Source: a bacterium
GTDB lineage: Bacteria; UBP15; UBA6099; JAJRTR01
Assembly: GCA_024278215.1 (NCBI GenBank)
Contig: JAJRTR010000174.1
Coordinates: 23,489-87,488, forward strand
Length of the DNA: 64,000 bases
Direction: 5' to 3'
Position 1 is the first letter of the stretch, and each line of letters opens with the position of its first letter. This document shows, piece after piece, positions 28,775 through 40,000 of this stretch. Both the position numbers and the translations under genes were made by a program. The notes under the pieces are model-generated. The model was not told where the DNA came from and searched no databases. It was given only the letters and a program-made list of their open reading frames with translations.

Positions 28775-28997
28775 AATGCTACGCATGATGGTAAAGAAAT
28801 GATGAAAAAGAGATCGGTGAACGCGGAGCGTTCAGTCCCTGCGTTCCGGGTCGGAATCAGGATCGATGAAAAACCGGTGTGGACGAGTGTGAGTGTGATG
28901 ACTGTGGGAATGATGAAACCATGTGTGCCGTGCTCAAACCGCATTTGTTTGGGCACGAAAATGCGGCCTTTTTGTTCCGGCTTTGCCGGGTTAGGAA
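28761..28997 (+). repeat. Repeat family 2, copy 2 (~237 bp), overlapping the kinase stop codon
   Basis: Same 5' and 3' conserved blocks as 14541-14746. The TGA of the kinase lies inside 'tatcttacgactga'. Confidence 0.65.
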
Positions 28998-29033
28998 TAC
29001 GGTAAATATACGGGTGAAAGATGGAGAAGTTCG

Positions 29034-29432
29034 ATGCAGGATAAGAAAAAGATTTTCATTATTGACGACGAGCCGGATACCGTTGACTTTCTGTCAATGA
29101 TATTCGAGGATGGCGGTTTCGACGTTATTTCCGTTACTAATCCCGACAGGGCGGTCGAGATCATCGCTGCTGAGAATCCGGACCTGATAACGCTCGATAT
29201 TGTCATGCCGCACAAAACCGGCGCGAAAATATATAACGAACTACGCACTAAAATCGAATACGCGAATATCCCCGTTATTGTCATTTCCGGCGTTGAACCC
29301 GGAGATTACATCCACAACATATCCGTCAATGATTCGACTGAAAACTCGATAGCAGGCCCCTGCGCTTTCATTGAAAAACCCATCGATAAATCTTTTCTTT
29401 TGAACACTGTCCGCAAGCTGCTTTCCTGCTGA
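29034..29432 (+). CDS. Single-domain response regulator (receiver only)
   Basis: 'IFIIDDEPD', 'LITLDIVMPHKTG', 'PVIVISGV'. Confidence 0.8.
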   Translation: MQDKKKIFIIDDEPDTVDFLSMIFEDGGFDVISVTNPDRAVEIIAAENPDLITLDIVMPHKTGAKIYNELRTKIEYANIPVIVISGVEPGDYIHNISVNDSTENSIAGPCAFIEKPIDKSFLLNTVRKLLSC

Positions 29433-29550
29433 AACCGGCCCCGACTTCGACACCTTTTCATGATATATGTGCCGCATCCACGCATTTAGGCTCTTGTCAC
29501 TATTGATTCGATTGTAAAAACGCGCCGCTATCGGTGTGTGCAGGATTGTT

Positions 29551-30129
29551 CTACATTGTGAACATGACAAGATTTGTCAGGTATGCGGGGATGATAAAAA
29601 GTATGAGGTAGAGTACTGCGGTGAATATGAAAGAGAAGAACAGTGCGAGTGTGGACGATATCCAGTCGACGTTGAACACTTCCCTTGTGCCGATGATAAT
29701 GAGGATTATCGCGTAGGTGTGCGTAACGATGTTTATGTATGGCAGGAACTGGAAGAGCGAAAGGAAAAGTATAAATGCAAGAATTTTATATGCGCCTTCA
29801 AGGTTTCCGATGCCGCCGAAGAAATTGCTGATTCGGTACAGAAAAATGGATTGAGAATAGATGATGAGCAATAAAAGAAAAGGTATCATGCCGATGAATA
29901 TTGCCGCGGCAATTGTGACCGGCGGGATCGTCTGGAAACGCGGCGAGAAAAAATAGCCCTGGTTGTAGCTGATCAGAAAGTAGATTACGCAGCGTATGTA
30001 ATATATCATCAGCGCGAAGTATGTGGCTCGCCGTATTCCTTCTGTTATGGACATGCCTCGGAAGAAGTTTATCGGGGTCAGCAATATATCTCTGGCTATT
30101 GTTATATATTCTACGAACGATTCCCTCAT
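29551..30129 (-). CDS. Yip1-like multi-pass membrane protein
   Basis: 192 aa, about 5 TM, hydrophobic with a short soluble N-terminus. Family assignment by resemblance only. Confidence 0.35.
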   Translation of the reverse strand: MRESFVEYITIARDILLTPINFFRGMSITEGIRRATYFALMIYYIRCVIYFLISYNQGYFFSPRFQTIPPVTIAAAIFIGMIPFLLLLIIYSQSIFLYRISNFFGGIGNLEGAYKILAFILFLSLFQFLPYINIVTHTYAIILIIIGTREVFNVDWISSTLALFFSFIFTAVLYLILFIIPAYLTNLVMFTM

Positions 30130-30354
30130 CTACAGGGCCTTTCGATTTGTTTACATCCGCCGTATTTTATGAACCGCAAACTTAATAATAAGGTTATTTC
30201 AGTTTCGCTTCCATAATTGATGCACACATTCTAATAGTTCATTTTATTCGTTTCCATCGTGCTGTACAAGTAAAACTCAAGGTTGCCGGTTATTTTTTTA
30301 CATATAACGTGCAAAATGCTACAATCGAATAAAAGAAAACCGGGAGGAATCTAT

Positions 30355-30903
30355 ATGAAAGAATATACGCCTGAAGGTGGTTTGAGGATAATAAATTCGG
30401 GACCTGCCGTGGTGGTAACGTGCGGCCCGCTGGAAAAACCTAACGCTATAACGATTGCATGGAGCACAGTCGTCAGCCGTCAGCCGCCGCTTGTGGCTGT
30501 TTCGCTGGCGACGACACATTATTCGACAGAAATTATAGAAAAAAGCGGTGATTTCATCATAAACGTGCCGTGCGCCGACCATCTCGATGAATTGATGTAT
30601 TGCGGCAGGCACAGCGGCAGGGACGGCGACAAGTTCGAACCGGCGGGGATCACGGCAGCACCTGGGGAGAAAGTCGCTACCGCATATATTAAAGAATTTC
30701 CGGCGCGCCTCGAATGTTCTTTGCATAAAGCGATAACGGTCGGCGACCACACGCTTTTTATCGGGGAAGTCAGGGGCGCGTTTGCCGAGGAGGAAGCCTT
30801 CAACGGCAGTTGGACGCTCGACGGTCGCGGGCGCACGCTACACCATCTGGGTGGCCCGAAATTCGGCATCCTGTCTGAAATGGTCACATATTCCGCGAAG
30901 TAG
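30355..30903 (+). CDS. Flavin reductase-like FMN-binding domain protein
   Basis: Split-barrel flavoreductase pattern 'AVVVTCGPLEKPNAITIAWSTVVSRQPPLVAVSL', 'DKFEPAG'. ATG 30355 preceded by GGGAGG (the tracked ORF starts earlier at 30283). Confidence 0.65.
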   Translation: MKEYTPEGGLRIINSGPAVVVTCGPLEKPNAITIAWSTVVSRQPPLVAVSLATTHYSTEIIEKSGDFIINVPCADHLDELMYCGRHSGRDGDKFEPAGITAAPGEKVATAYIKEFPARLECSLHKAITVGDHTLFIGEVRGAFAEEEAFNGSWTLDGRGRTLHHLGGPKFGILSEMVTYSAK

Positions 30904-31063
30904 TTTCAGGGAATCTATGTCCATCATTAAACTGTTTTCTCATAGTTCCGAAGCTCTGCCCCTGAAAGTACGGAATGATCGCTTTGCATTCTAAGTTCTT
31001 TTCTTATTTGGAAATACACGTGCGATGATATGATAATGTTAAAAAATAAAACGATGTGAAAAT

Positions 31064-34000
31064 ATGCAAAAATCTAATTTGAAACATTTTGTTGTTGCAA
31101 TTTTCATGATCTGTGCAATCTCTGTGCATGCATCGGCTTCCGCCGATTTTACGTCGAGTTGGACAAGTATCGAAACGAATGAAAGCACGTGCTCGGCGTG
31201 GGGCGATTATGACGGGGACGGCGACCTGGACGTTGTAGTCGGCGACGCAAATACCGGCACTATGCTTTACAGCAACGCGGGCGGCGCGTCTTTCAGTATC
31301 GTGTGGCAGTCGGAGGACGCCGACCTTGTCGTCTCACTTGCCTGGGGCGATTACGACCGTGACGGCGACCTGGATATACTTGTCGGCAACAATCCCGGAA
31401 ACAACAGGGTTTACAGCAACAGCGGCGGCGGAGTTTTCACGCTCGCCTGGACTTCCAGCAGTGTCAGGAGAACAGTCAGGGCGGAGTGGGGAGATGCGGA
31501 CGCCGACGGTGACCTGGACTTTCTCGCGGGCGTCTACGATGAACCTGCAAGGGCTTTCAGGAACACGGGCGCGAGCCAATTTGAATTGATATGGAGTTCG
31601 CAGGAATCCGATCCGACTACATGTATCGACTGGGCCGACGCCGATGCGGACGGCGACCTCGATTTTGTAAAAAGTGCGAACAGCGCCGTCGACCGGGTGT
31701 ACCGGAATGAAGGCGGTTCGGCCTACACTCTTATGTGGTCTTCCGCAAGATCGGATAAGGCGTATTTCACCGAATGGAGCGATTACGACGGCGACGGCGA
31801 CCTTGATTTCGCGGTCGCCAATTACGATGAAAAAGACCGTGTCTACAAAAACTCCGGCAACTGGTATTTCGATATGGTCTGGGCTTCGGCGACCGACTCT
31901 CCCTCAATCGGACTGGCATGGGGCGACTACGACGGCGATGGTGACAGCGATTTGCTCTTCGGCAACTACGCTGCAAGCAATAATGTTGTTGCTTACGCCG
32001 GTTCCGATAATTTCACTGATTCATGGTCTTCGCCGGAAGCCGATTATACATACCAGGTGACATGGGCCGACTACGACGGCGACGGCGATCTCGACCACTT
32101 CGTTTCAAACATCAGCAGCCAGTCAAACCGACTCTACAAGAATAATCTTTCCATATCCAATTCACCGCCTGCGGCCCCGGTGATTACCGGACAGCCGGAC
32201 GGTCTGCCCGGACTCATCACGCTTAGCTGGTCCGCCGCATCCGACGACATCACACCCGCTGTGGACCTCACTTACCAGGTGCGCGTGGGCACTTGCTCTG
32301 GGTGTGGCGGCATAATATCGGGCGCTTTCGCGCCTCCTTTCGGCAATTCGCGACAGACGGAATTCCATAAACTTAATATCCAGGACGACGGTACGTATTA
32401 CTGGTCAGTGGCCGCCGTCGATAGCGCTGGGTTCTCGACCTCGACATGGTATGTCGAGGACTCGTTCACAATATCTGCTCCGAGCGGAACTCCGTACCAG
32501 TCTATATGGACCGGTCCGTCGTCTGACCAGACAACAGCTATTGCGACCGCCGACTACGACGACGACGGTGACCTCGATTTTATTGCCGCCAATGACTCTG
32601 AAGTCAATACAGTGTACAGGTATAACGGTAACAATACTTTCACCGCCGTGTGGTCGTCTCCGGAAACAGACGCCACGAACGACGCGGCATGGGCCGACTA
32701 CGACGGGGACGGCGACCTCGACCATGCTGTCGCCGACAACGGCGCGAACCGCGTCTACTCCAAAACGGACGATTACAACTTCAGCCTCGTCTGGTCATCG
32801 ACGGAAACCTCCAACTCACTCGCGACAGCCTGGGGAGACTACGACCGCGACGGCGATCTCGATTTATTTGCGGGCAACGTCGGCGCGAACCATCTGTACA
32901 GAAACAATTCGGACGACACATTTACTCTCGTCTGGACTTCGACAGAAACAGACACGACTTCGGGCGCGGTATGGCTCGACGCCGACGCCGACGGCGTTCC
33001 GGACATTTTCTGCGCCTCCGACGGCACTTCCGACAGGCTCTACTTGAACAACGGTGACGACACTTTCACTCTCGCATGGTCATCGACTCAGACAGACGCG
33101 ACAAAAGACGCGGCGGCGGCGGATTATGACGGGGACGGACTCGTGGACATTTCCGCGCCTGCGGTCGGCGCGACACAAAACAGGCTCTACTCAAATAACG
33201 GCGACGGCACTTTCACTCTCGCATGGTCATCGACTCAGACAGATGAAACATATTCGTGCACATGGGGCGATTACGACGGTGACGGCGACTGGGACCTGCT
33301 TGCCGGCAACAGCGGCGTCAACAGGGTATACGCGGGCGACGGCGCGGGCGGCTTCACGCTCGAGTGGTCATCCGCTGAAGGCGAAGTCACTTACGCTGCC
33401 GCATGGGGCGATGTGGACGGCGACGGCGACCTTGATATAATCTCCGGTAACAACACTTCGGCCAACAGGCTATATCTTTACACCTCCGATATCTCGAACC
33501 TCAACCCGGCCGCGCCCGTTTTAGTCGCCGGGAGCAACGCGACACTTTCCGGCGCTACCGTTTCCGTTACTTTCAACTGGAACGCTGCCGTCGACGACAC
33601 GACCGCCCCTGTCTCGATGATGTACCATCTGCGTGCCGGCACATGTTCCGGTTGCGACGACATCGTTTCCGGAGCTTACGCTTCACCAGTTCCCAATGTC
33701 GGCGCGACAACTTCCATTTCCATCGTTTTCGATGCTACCGGCACATACTACTGGTCTGTTGCTGCCATCGACAACACTTCTCTAAGTGCGTCATCATGGA
33801 GTTCGGAGGATAGCTTCGAGATTATCGAGCCCACGGGAACACAAACGCCGTTCGAGTCGATATGGACCGGAACGGATATCAACCTGACTCGAGATGCCGC
33901 GTGGGGCGACTACGACGGCGACGGCGATCTTGATTTCTTTGCAGCGAACTATACGCAGGGAAATTTCGTATACCGCAACGACGGCAGCGCTACTTTCAAT

Positions 34001-37000
34001 AAAGTTTACGAAGACAACCTTTTCTCATATACAACATCCGGTGCGTGGGGTGACTACGACGGCGACGGCGATCTCGATTTGCTGTTCTCAAACTATAATG
34101 AAAGCAATTACGTTTTTAAAAACACGGGAAGTGACGATTTCGTGTCGGCATGGTCCACAACGCAGGCGAATTCAACAAACGACGCCGAGTGGGGCGATAT
34201 GGACGGCGACGGCGATCTCGATTTCATCGCGGGCAATGACGGCCAGTCGATTTTAGTTTTCAGCAACAACGGATCGGGCGGTTTCACGTATGGCTGGGGC
34301 TCGACGGAAACGAATAATACGAGTTCTATTTCAGTGGTCGATTTCGATAAGGACGGTGACCTCGATTTCATCGCGGTGAACAACGGACAGTCCGATATTA
34401 TCTACGATAACGGCGGAGGCGGCACTTTCAGCGTCGCCTGGACGTCTGCTGAAACAGACAGCGGCAGCGGCGGCGCGTGGGGTGACTATGACGGCGACGG
34501 CGACTACGACATAGCCGTAGCCAACAACACGCAGTCGAATCGCGTTTACTCGAACGCCGGGGCCGCAAACTTCACATCGGTCTGGACATCCACGGAGGCG
34601 GATGCGTCGCACACTGCCGCGTGGGGCGACTACGACGGCGACGGCGATCTCGACCTGCTTTTCGGCAACTATTATACGACTTCCGACACCGACAGAGTCT
34701 ACACCAACGCAGGCGGCGACAATTTCCCGCTGGGCTGGTCGGCGACAAATCAGGAATACACGCGCGCGGCGGCCTGGGGCGATTACGACGGCGACGGCGA
34801 TCTCGATTTCATCGCGGCCAACGAAGACGGCTCCGACAGGATTTACAGAAACAATCTTTCCATCTCCAACACCGCTCCGCCCGCTCCCACACTGACGTTA
34901 ATTGACGACGGTGACCCGGGTACGGTCGTTTTTCAATGGGCTGCCACTTCCGATGACATCACCCCCGACAGCCTGCTTGCATTCCAGTTGCGCGTCGGCA
35001 CGTGCACGGGCTGCGACGACATTATAAGCGGCGAATTCGCGCCTCCTTTTGTCAACATGGGCGCTACCGGCTCCTACCCGATGATACTCGGCAACGGCGA
35101 TTATTACTGGTCCATTGCTTCTGTCGACACCACAGGTTTCTCTGTTTCCTCGTGGAGCACAGAAGACGACTTTCACCTCGAACATATACCGGCAGTCCCA
35201 TTCGAGTCCACATGGCAAAGCACCGAAAGCAACAGGACGGCGGCACTCGCATTGGGCGATTTCGACGGCGACAGCGACCTCGACCACATTGCTGCCGACT
35301 CCGATTCGATTCGCCTTTACCGCAACACAGGATCGTATTCTTTCACGCTCGCCTGGTCATCGTCGTCGATGACAAACAACATGGATGCCGCGTGGGGCGA
35401 CTACGACGGCGACGGCGATCTCGATTTCGCTGTTTCCACCGGCTCGGGCGGTTACGTGTCGGTCTATGAGCAGACAACTTACGCCGCCTTTTCATCCGTA
35501 TGGGCTTCGTCTCAAACAGATAAAACATACAGTGTCGCGTGGGCCGACTGCGACGCGGACGGCGACCTCGACCTTCTAACCGCCAATCTCGCGGACGGCT
35601 CGACTGGTTCGAACAACAGGGTATACCGTAACGAAGGCCGCGGCGACTTTGTCGTCAACTGGACATCTGCCGAGGCCGACATAACTTATGATGCCGCGTG
35701 GGGCGATTACGATGGCGACGGCTACAGGGATATTGTCGCGGGAAACGACGGCGCGAACAGGATTTACCGAAATGTCGCATGTGACTACTTCACCATCGTG
35801 TGGACTTCCGTCGAAAGCGACAGGACGACCGGCGTCGCGTGGATGGACTACGACGGCGACGGCGACCTTGATTTCGCCGCGGGCAGCGCGGACGGCAACG
35901 ACCGTGTTTATAATAACGACGGCGCGGGCGGTTTCTCCGCCGTGTGGACTTCCACCGCCACATCGACGACTTCATCAGTCGCATGGGGCGACTACAACGC
36001 CGACGGCTACCCCGATCTCGCTTCAGTCAACAACAGTTCTATCGCCGATTCGGAACATGTTTACGGCAACAACGGCGACGATACCTTTTCGACAGCGTGG
36101 AACTCGCCTCTCGATGAGGAATCGCAGGACGTCGCATGGGGCGACATCGACGGCGACGGCGACCTCGACCTGCTCATAGCTTCCGGCGGCGACACATCGG
36201 CGGATGCGAATATCCTGTATGTCAATTACGTCGAGCCGGCGAACAACGCACCTACTACTCCGTCCGTAACCGTGGTTCCAGACGGTTTCACCGGCTATGT
36301 CGACCTGCAATGGACTGCTTCAACTGATGATGTTACTCCGTCTGATGAAATCCGCTACATCGTCCGGGCCGGTACTTGCTCCGGTTGCAACGACATCATT
36401 TCCGGCCTCTATTCGCCGCCTCTGACCAATGCCGGTACGGCAACTAGTTACAGGGTACATATCGCCGGTGCGGATACATATTACTGGCAGGTTAAGGCGA
36501 TAGATATGGCAGGCTTCCGCGAATCAGGCTGGTCGAACGCCGATGATTTCGTCTTGACAGACCGTTTCTCATCCGCATGGACCGGAAGCGCATATTACAA
36601 TATTGAAGATGTCGCGTGGGGCGACTACGACGGCGACGGCGACCTCGACATAGCTGCGGCGGTAAACGGTACGCCCAACCTTGTTATCGAAAACAGCGGT
36701 GGCGGCAGTTTTTCGACGGTTTGGTCTTCTTCCGAAAGCGATTACACACGCTCCGCCGCCTGGGGCGACGCGGACAACGACGGCGATCTCGATATTCTCG
36801 TGGGCAACACCGATTCGGCTTCGGGCGGCGACCAGAACCGCGTCTATTCCAACAACGGCGACGGCACGTTTACTGTCACATGGTCCACCTTTGAAATGAA
36901 CCGTACTTACGATGCTGTGTTTACAGACTGCGACGCGGACGGCGACCTCGATATTGTCGCCGCTAATGAATATGAAAACATAATTTACACCAATAATGGC

Positions 37001-40000
37001 GGTAGTTCGTTCACTTCAAGTTCATTGTCTTCACACCAGGAGCGGACACGGGCGCTATCTCCCGCCGACTTCGATGCCGACGGCGACTTCGACTTGCTCG
37101 AAGGCAACTACGGCGCGCCCAACAGGGTATTCAGAAACGACGGCTCGGGCAATTTCTCCGAACTGTGGGCCTCTTCCGGCAGTGAATATACCTCTGCTGT
37201 CGCATGGGCCGACACAGACGGCGACGGCGACCTCGACGCTTTCTTCGGCAACAGTTACGTGGGTGCACTGAACTATATTAATGTTAATGACGGCGCGGGT
37301 TCGTTCTCCGCCTCATGGACATCGCGCGACGCCGACGAAACTTATGACGCCGCGTTCGGCGACACAGACGGCGACGGGGACCTCGACCTGATTACCGCCA
37401 ACAGCGATTCTGATTCCACCCGCGATAATTACAGGCTCATCCGCGTTTACTCGAATTCCGGCGGCAACTTGTTCGCGGCATCGGCAAACATGGGAGCCGG
37501 CGATTATGCCGTTGCTGTCGCGCTCGGCGACTATGACGGCGACGGCGACCTCGATATCCTCGAAGGTTCGAGCGACGGCGGCGACGACATGCCTGTTCGT
37601 GTGTATATGAATAACATGGACCCGTCGAATGCCGCTCCATCCGCGCCGTCTGTTATCAAAACAGACAACCAGGTTCTCTCAGCCGCTACTTCTCCGATCT
37701 CCATAGCGTGGTCCGCACCGTCCGACGACATCACAGTCACCGCGCTCCTGTCATATCAGTTACGTATCGGCACATGCCCCGGCTGCAGCGATGTTATGTC
37801 GGGCGCTTTCGCGCCTCCCGGCGGCAATATCGGCGCGACGACTGCTGTCAATATCAACATGTCCGATTCTGGCACGTACTACTGGTCGGTCGCGGCGGTG
37901 GACAACACAGGCTTCGCGACAGGCGCATGGTCGGACGAGGAATTTTTCGCCGTTTCACTTCCCCTGTTCGATACAGGTTGGACGAGTCCCGAAGGTGGAA
38001 CATGCAGGGATGCCGCGGCAGGTGACTTCGACGGCGACGGCGACCTCGATATTGCATCGAGCTTCGACGCGCAGAATATGGTTTATGAGAATAACGGCAG
38101 TGGCTCTTTCAGCGACGCATGGACATCCGCCGAGTCTGAAAACACGATGGAAGTCGCATGGGGCGACTACGACAACGACGGCGACCCGGACATACTTGTC
38201 GCCTCCGCAAACGGGCCTGCGAGGATATATAAAAACACTGGCGGCACCTTCTCTACTGCATGGTCATCCATTATGAGCGTGCAGGGCGGCGGCGTCTCAT
38301 GGGCCGACCTCGACAACGATGGCGACCTCGACTTCGCCGCCTCGAGCTACGGCATAAACAATCTCGTCTACAGAAACGACGGCGGCGATTCTTTCACCCT
38401 TTCATGGCTTTCCAGCGACACAGACAACACAACTGACGTCGAATGCGCCGACTTCGACAATGACGGCGACAGCGACATTGCCGCTGCGAATGAGTCCGGA
38501 CCTGTGAAGCTTTACGCAAACGACGGCGCGGGCAGTTTCATTGCTGTCTGGACATCCTCCGACACCGGCTACACAAGTGGGATTTCGACCGGAGATTACG
38601 ACGGTGACGGCAATTTGGATATGCTCACGGTGGCTGGTTCTTCATACTACAACAGAGTGTACCGGGGCGGTGGCGGCGGCACATTCACAGCCGTGTGGAC
38701 CGCTGGAGAGGACGGTCCGTTTTCCGGCGGCGCGTGGGGCGACTACGACGCGGACGGCGACCTCGATTTCTTCGTCTCCTACAGCGGCACAGACAGTCGT
38801 GGCAGCCACGTTTATCGCAATACAGGTAGTGATTCCTTCAACCTCGTGTGGGCGTCGCTGAATGATGACGCGTCGTACAGCGCCGCCTTCGGCGATTTCG
38901 ACGGCGACGGCAATATCGATCTGCTCTCGGCGAATACCGGCGTAAGAACATGGACGAATATGTCCACCGTATCGAACAGCGCGCCCGCGCAGCCGACTGT
39001 AACAGCCGTCGGCGATCAGGAATTCCACATCTCGGCCACTCCTGCCGTAACACTGTCATGGACCGCGCCCTCCGACGACTACACACCCTCGAATTCACTC
39101 ACATACCAGGTGCGAGTCGGCACTTGTTCGGGATGTAGCGACATCGTCTCCGACACTTTCGTGCCGCCGTGGGGCAACGCCGGCCCTTCGACGTCATACA
39201 CTTTCAACGCGACCGCATCCGGCACTTATTACTGGAGTGTATCCGCCGTGGACACTTCGGGGTTCCTCGTGGGCGCGTCGAGCGCGGAGGATGTCTTCGA
39301 TGTTTCATTTTCGATGCTCGGCACAAGGACACCGTTCGATTACTCGTGGTACGGCAGCGCGTCCGACTACAGCAGCGGCAGCGCCTGGGGCGACTACGAC
39401 GCCGACGGCGACCTCGACATCCTGATTTCAGACGCCGGCGCGTCCGCCGGCAACAGGATATACTCGAACGACGGCGGCAACACCTTCACGCTCGCGTGGA
39501 CGGCGACTGAATGGAACACAACGGAAGCCGCCGCCTGGGCTGACTACGACGGTGACGGCGACCTCGACGCTGTTTTCGTTTCAGGCGGTTCGGGCGAGCC
39601 GAATTATGTTTACCGAAATGTTGGCGCGGGCGGCTTCGTAGTCGGTTGGACTTCGACGGAAACCGAGCCTTCGCAGGCCGTTGCCATCGGCGATTTCGAC
39701 GGCGATGGCGATCTTGATATCTTCGTCGGAAATAACAGCGCGTCTGTTCCTGACCGCGTTTATAAAAATGTTTCCACAGGTTTCACCACCGCCTGGACTT
39801 CGTCTTCATACTACACGACGCGCGCCGTGGATATGGCAGACTACAACCTCGACGGTCGCCCCGACTTACTGCTCGGCAACAGCGGCTCTGCCATGGAACC
39901 GATTGTCATATATTCGAACAAAGGCGGCGAGTGTTTCACCGAAGCCTGGACTTCGTCCGAGCAGGAATACACTTCCGCCGTCGAGTGGGGCGACTACGAC

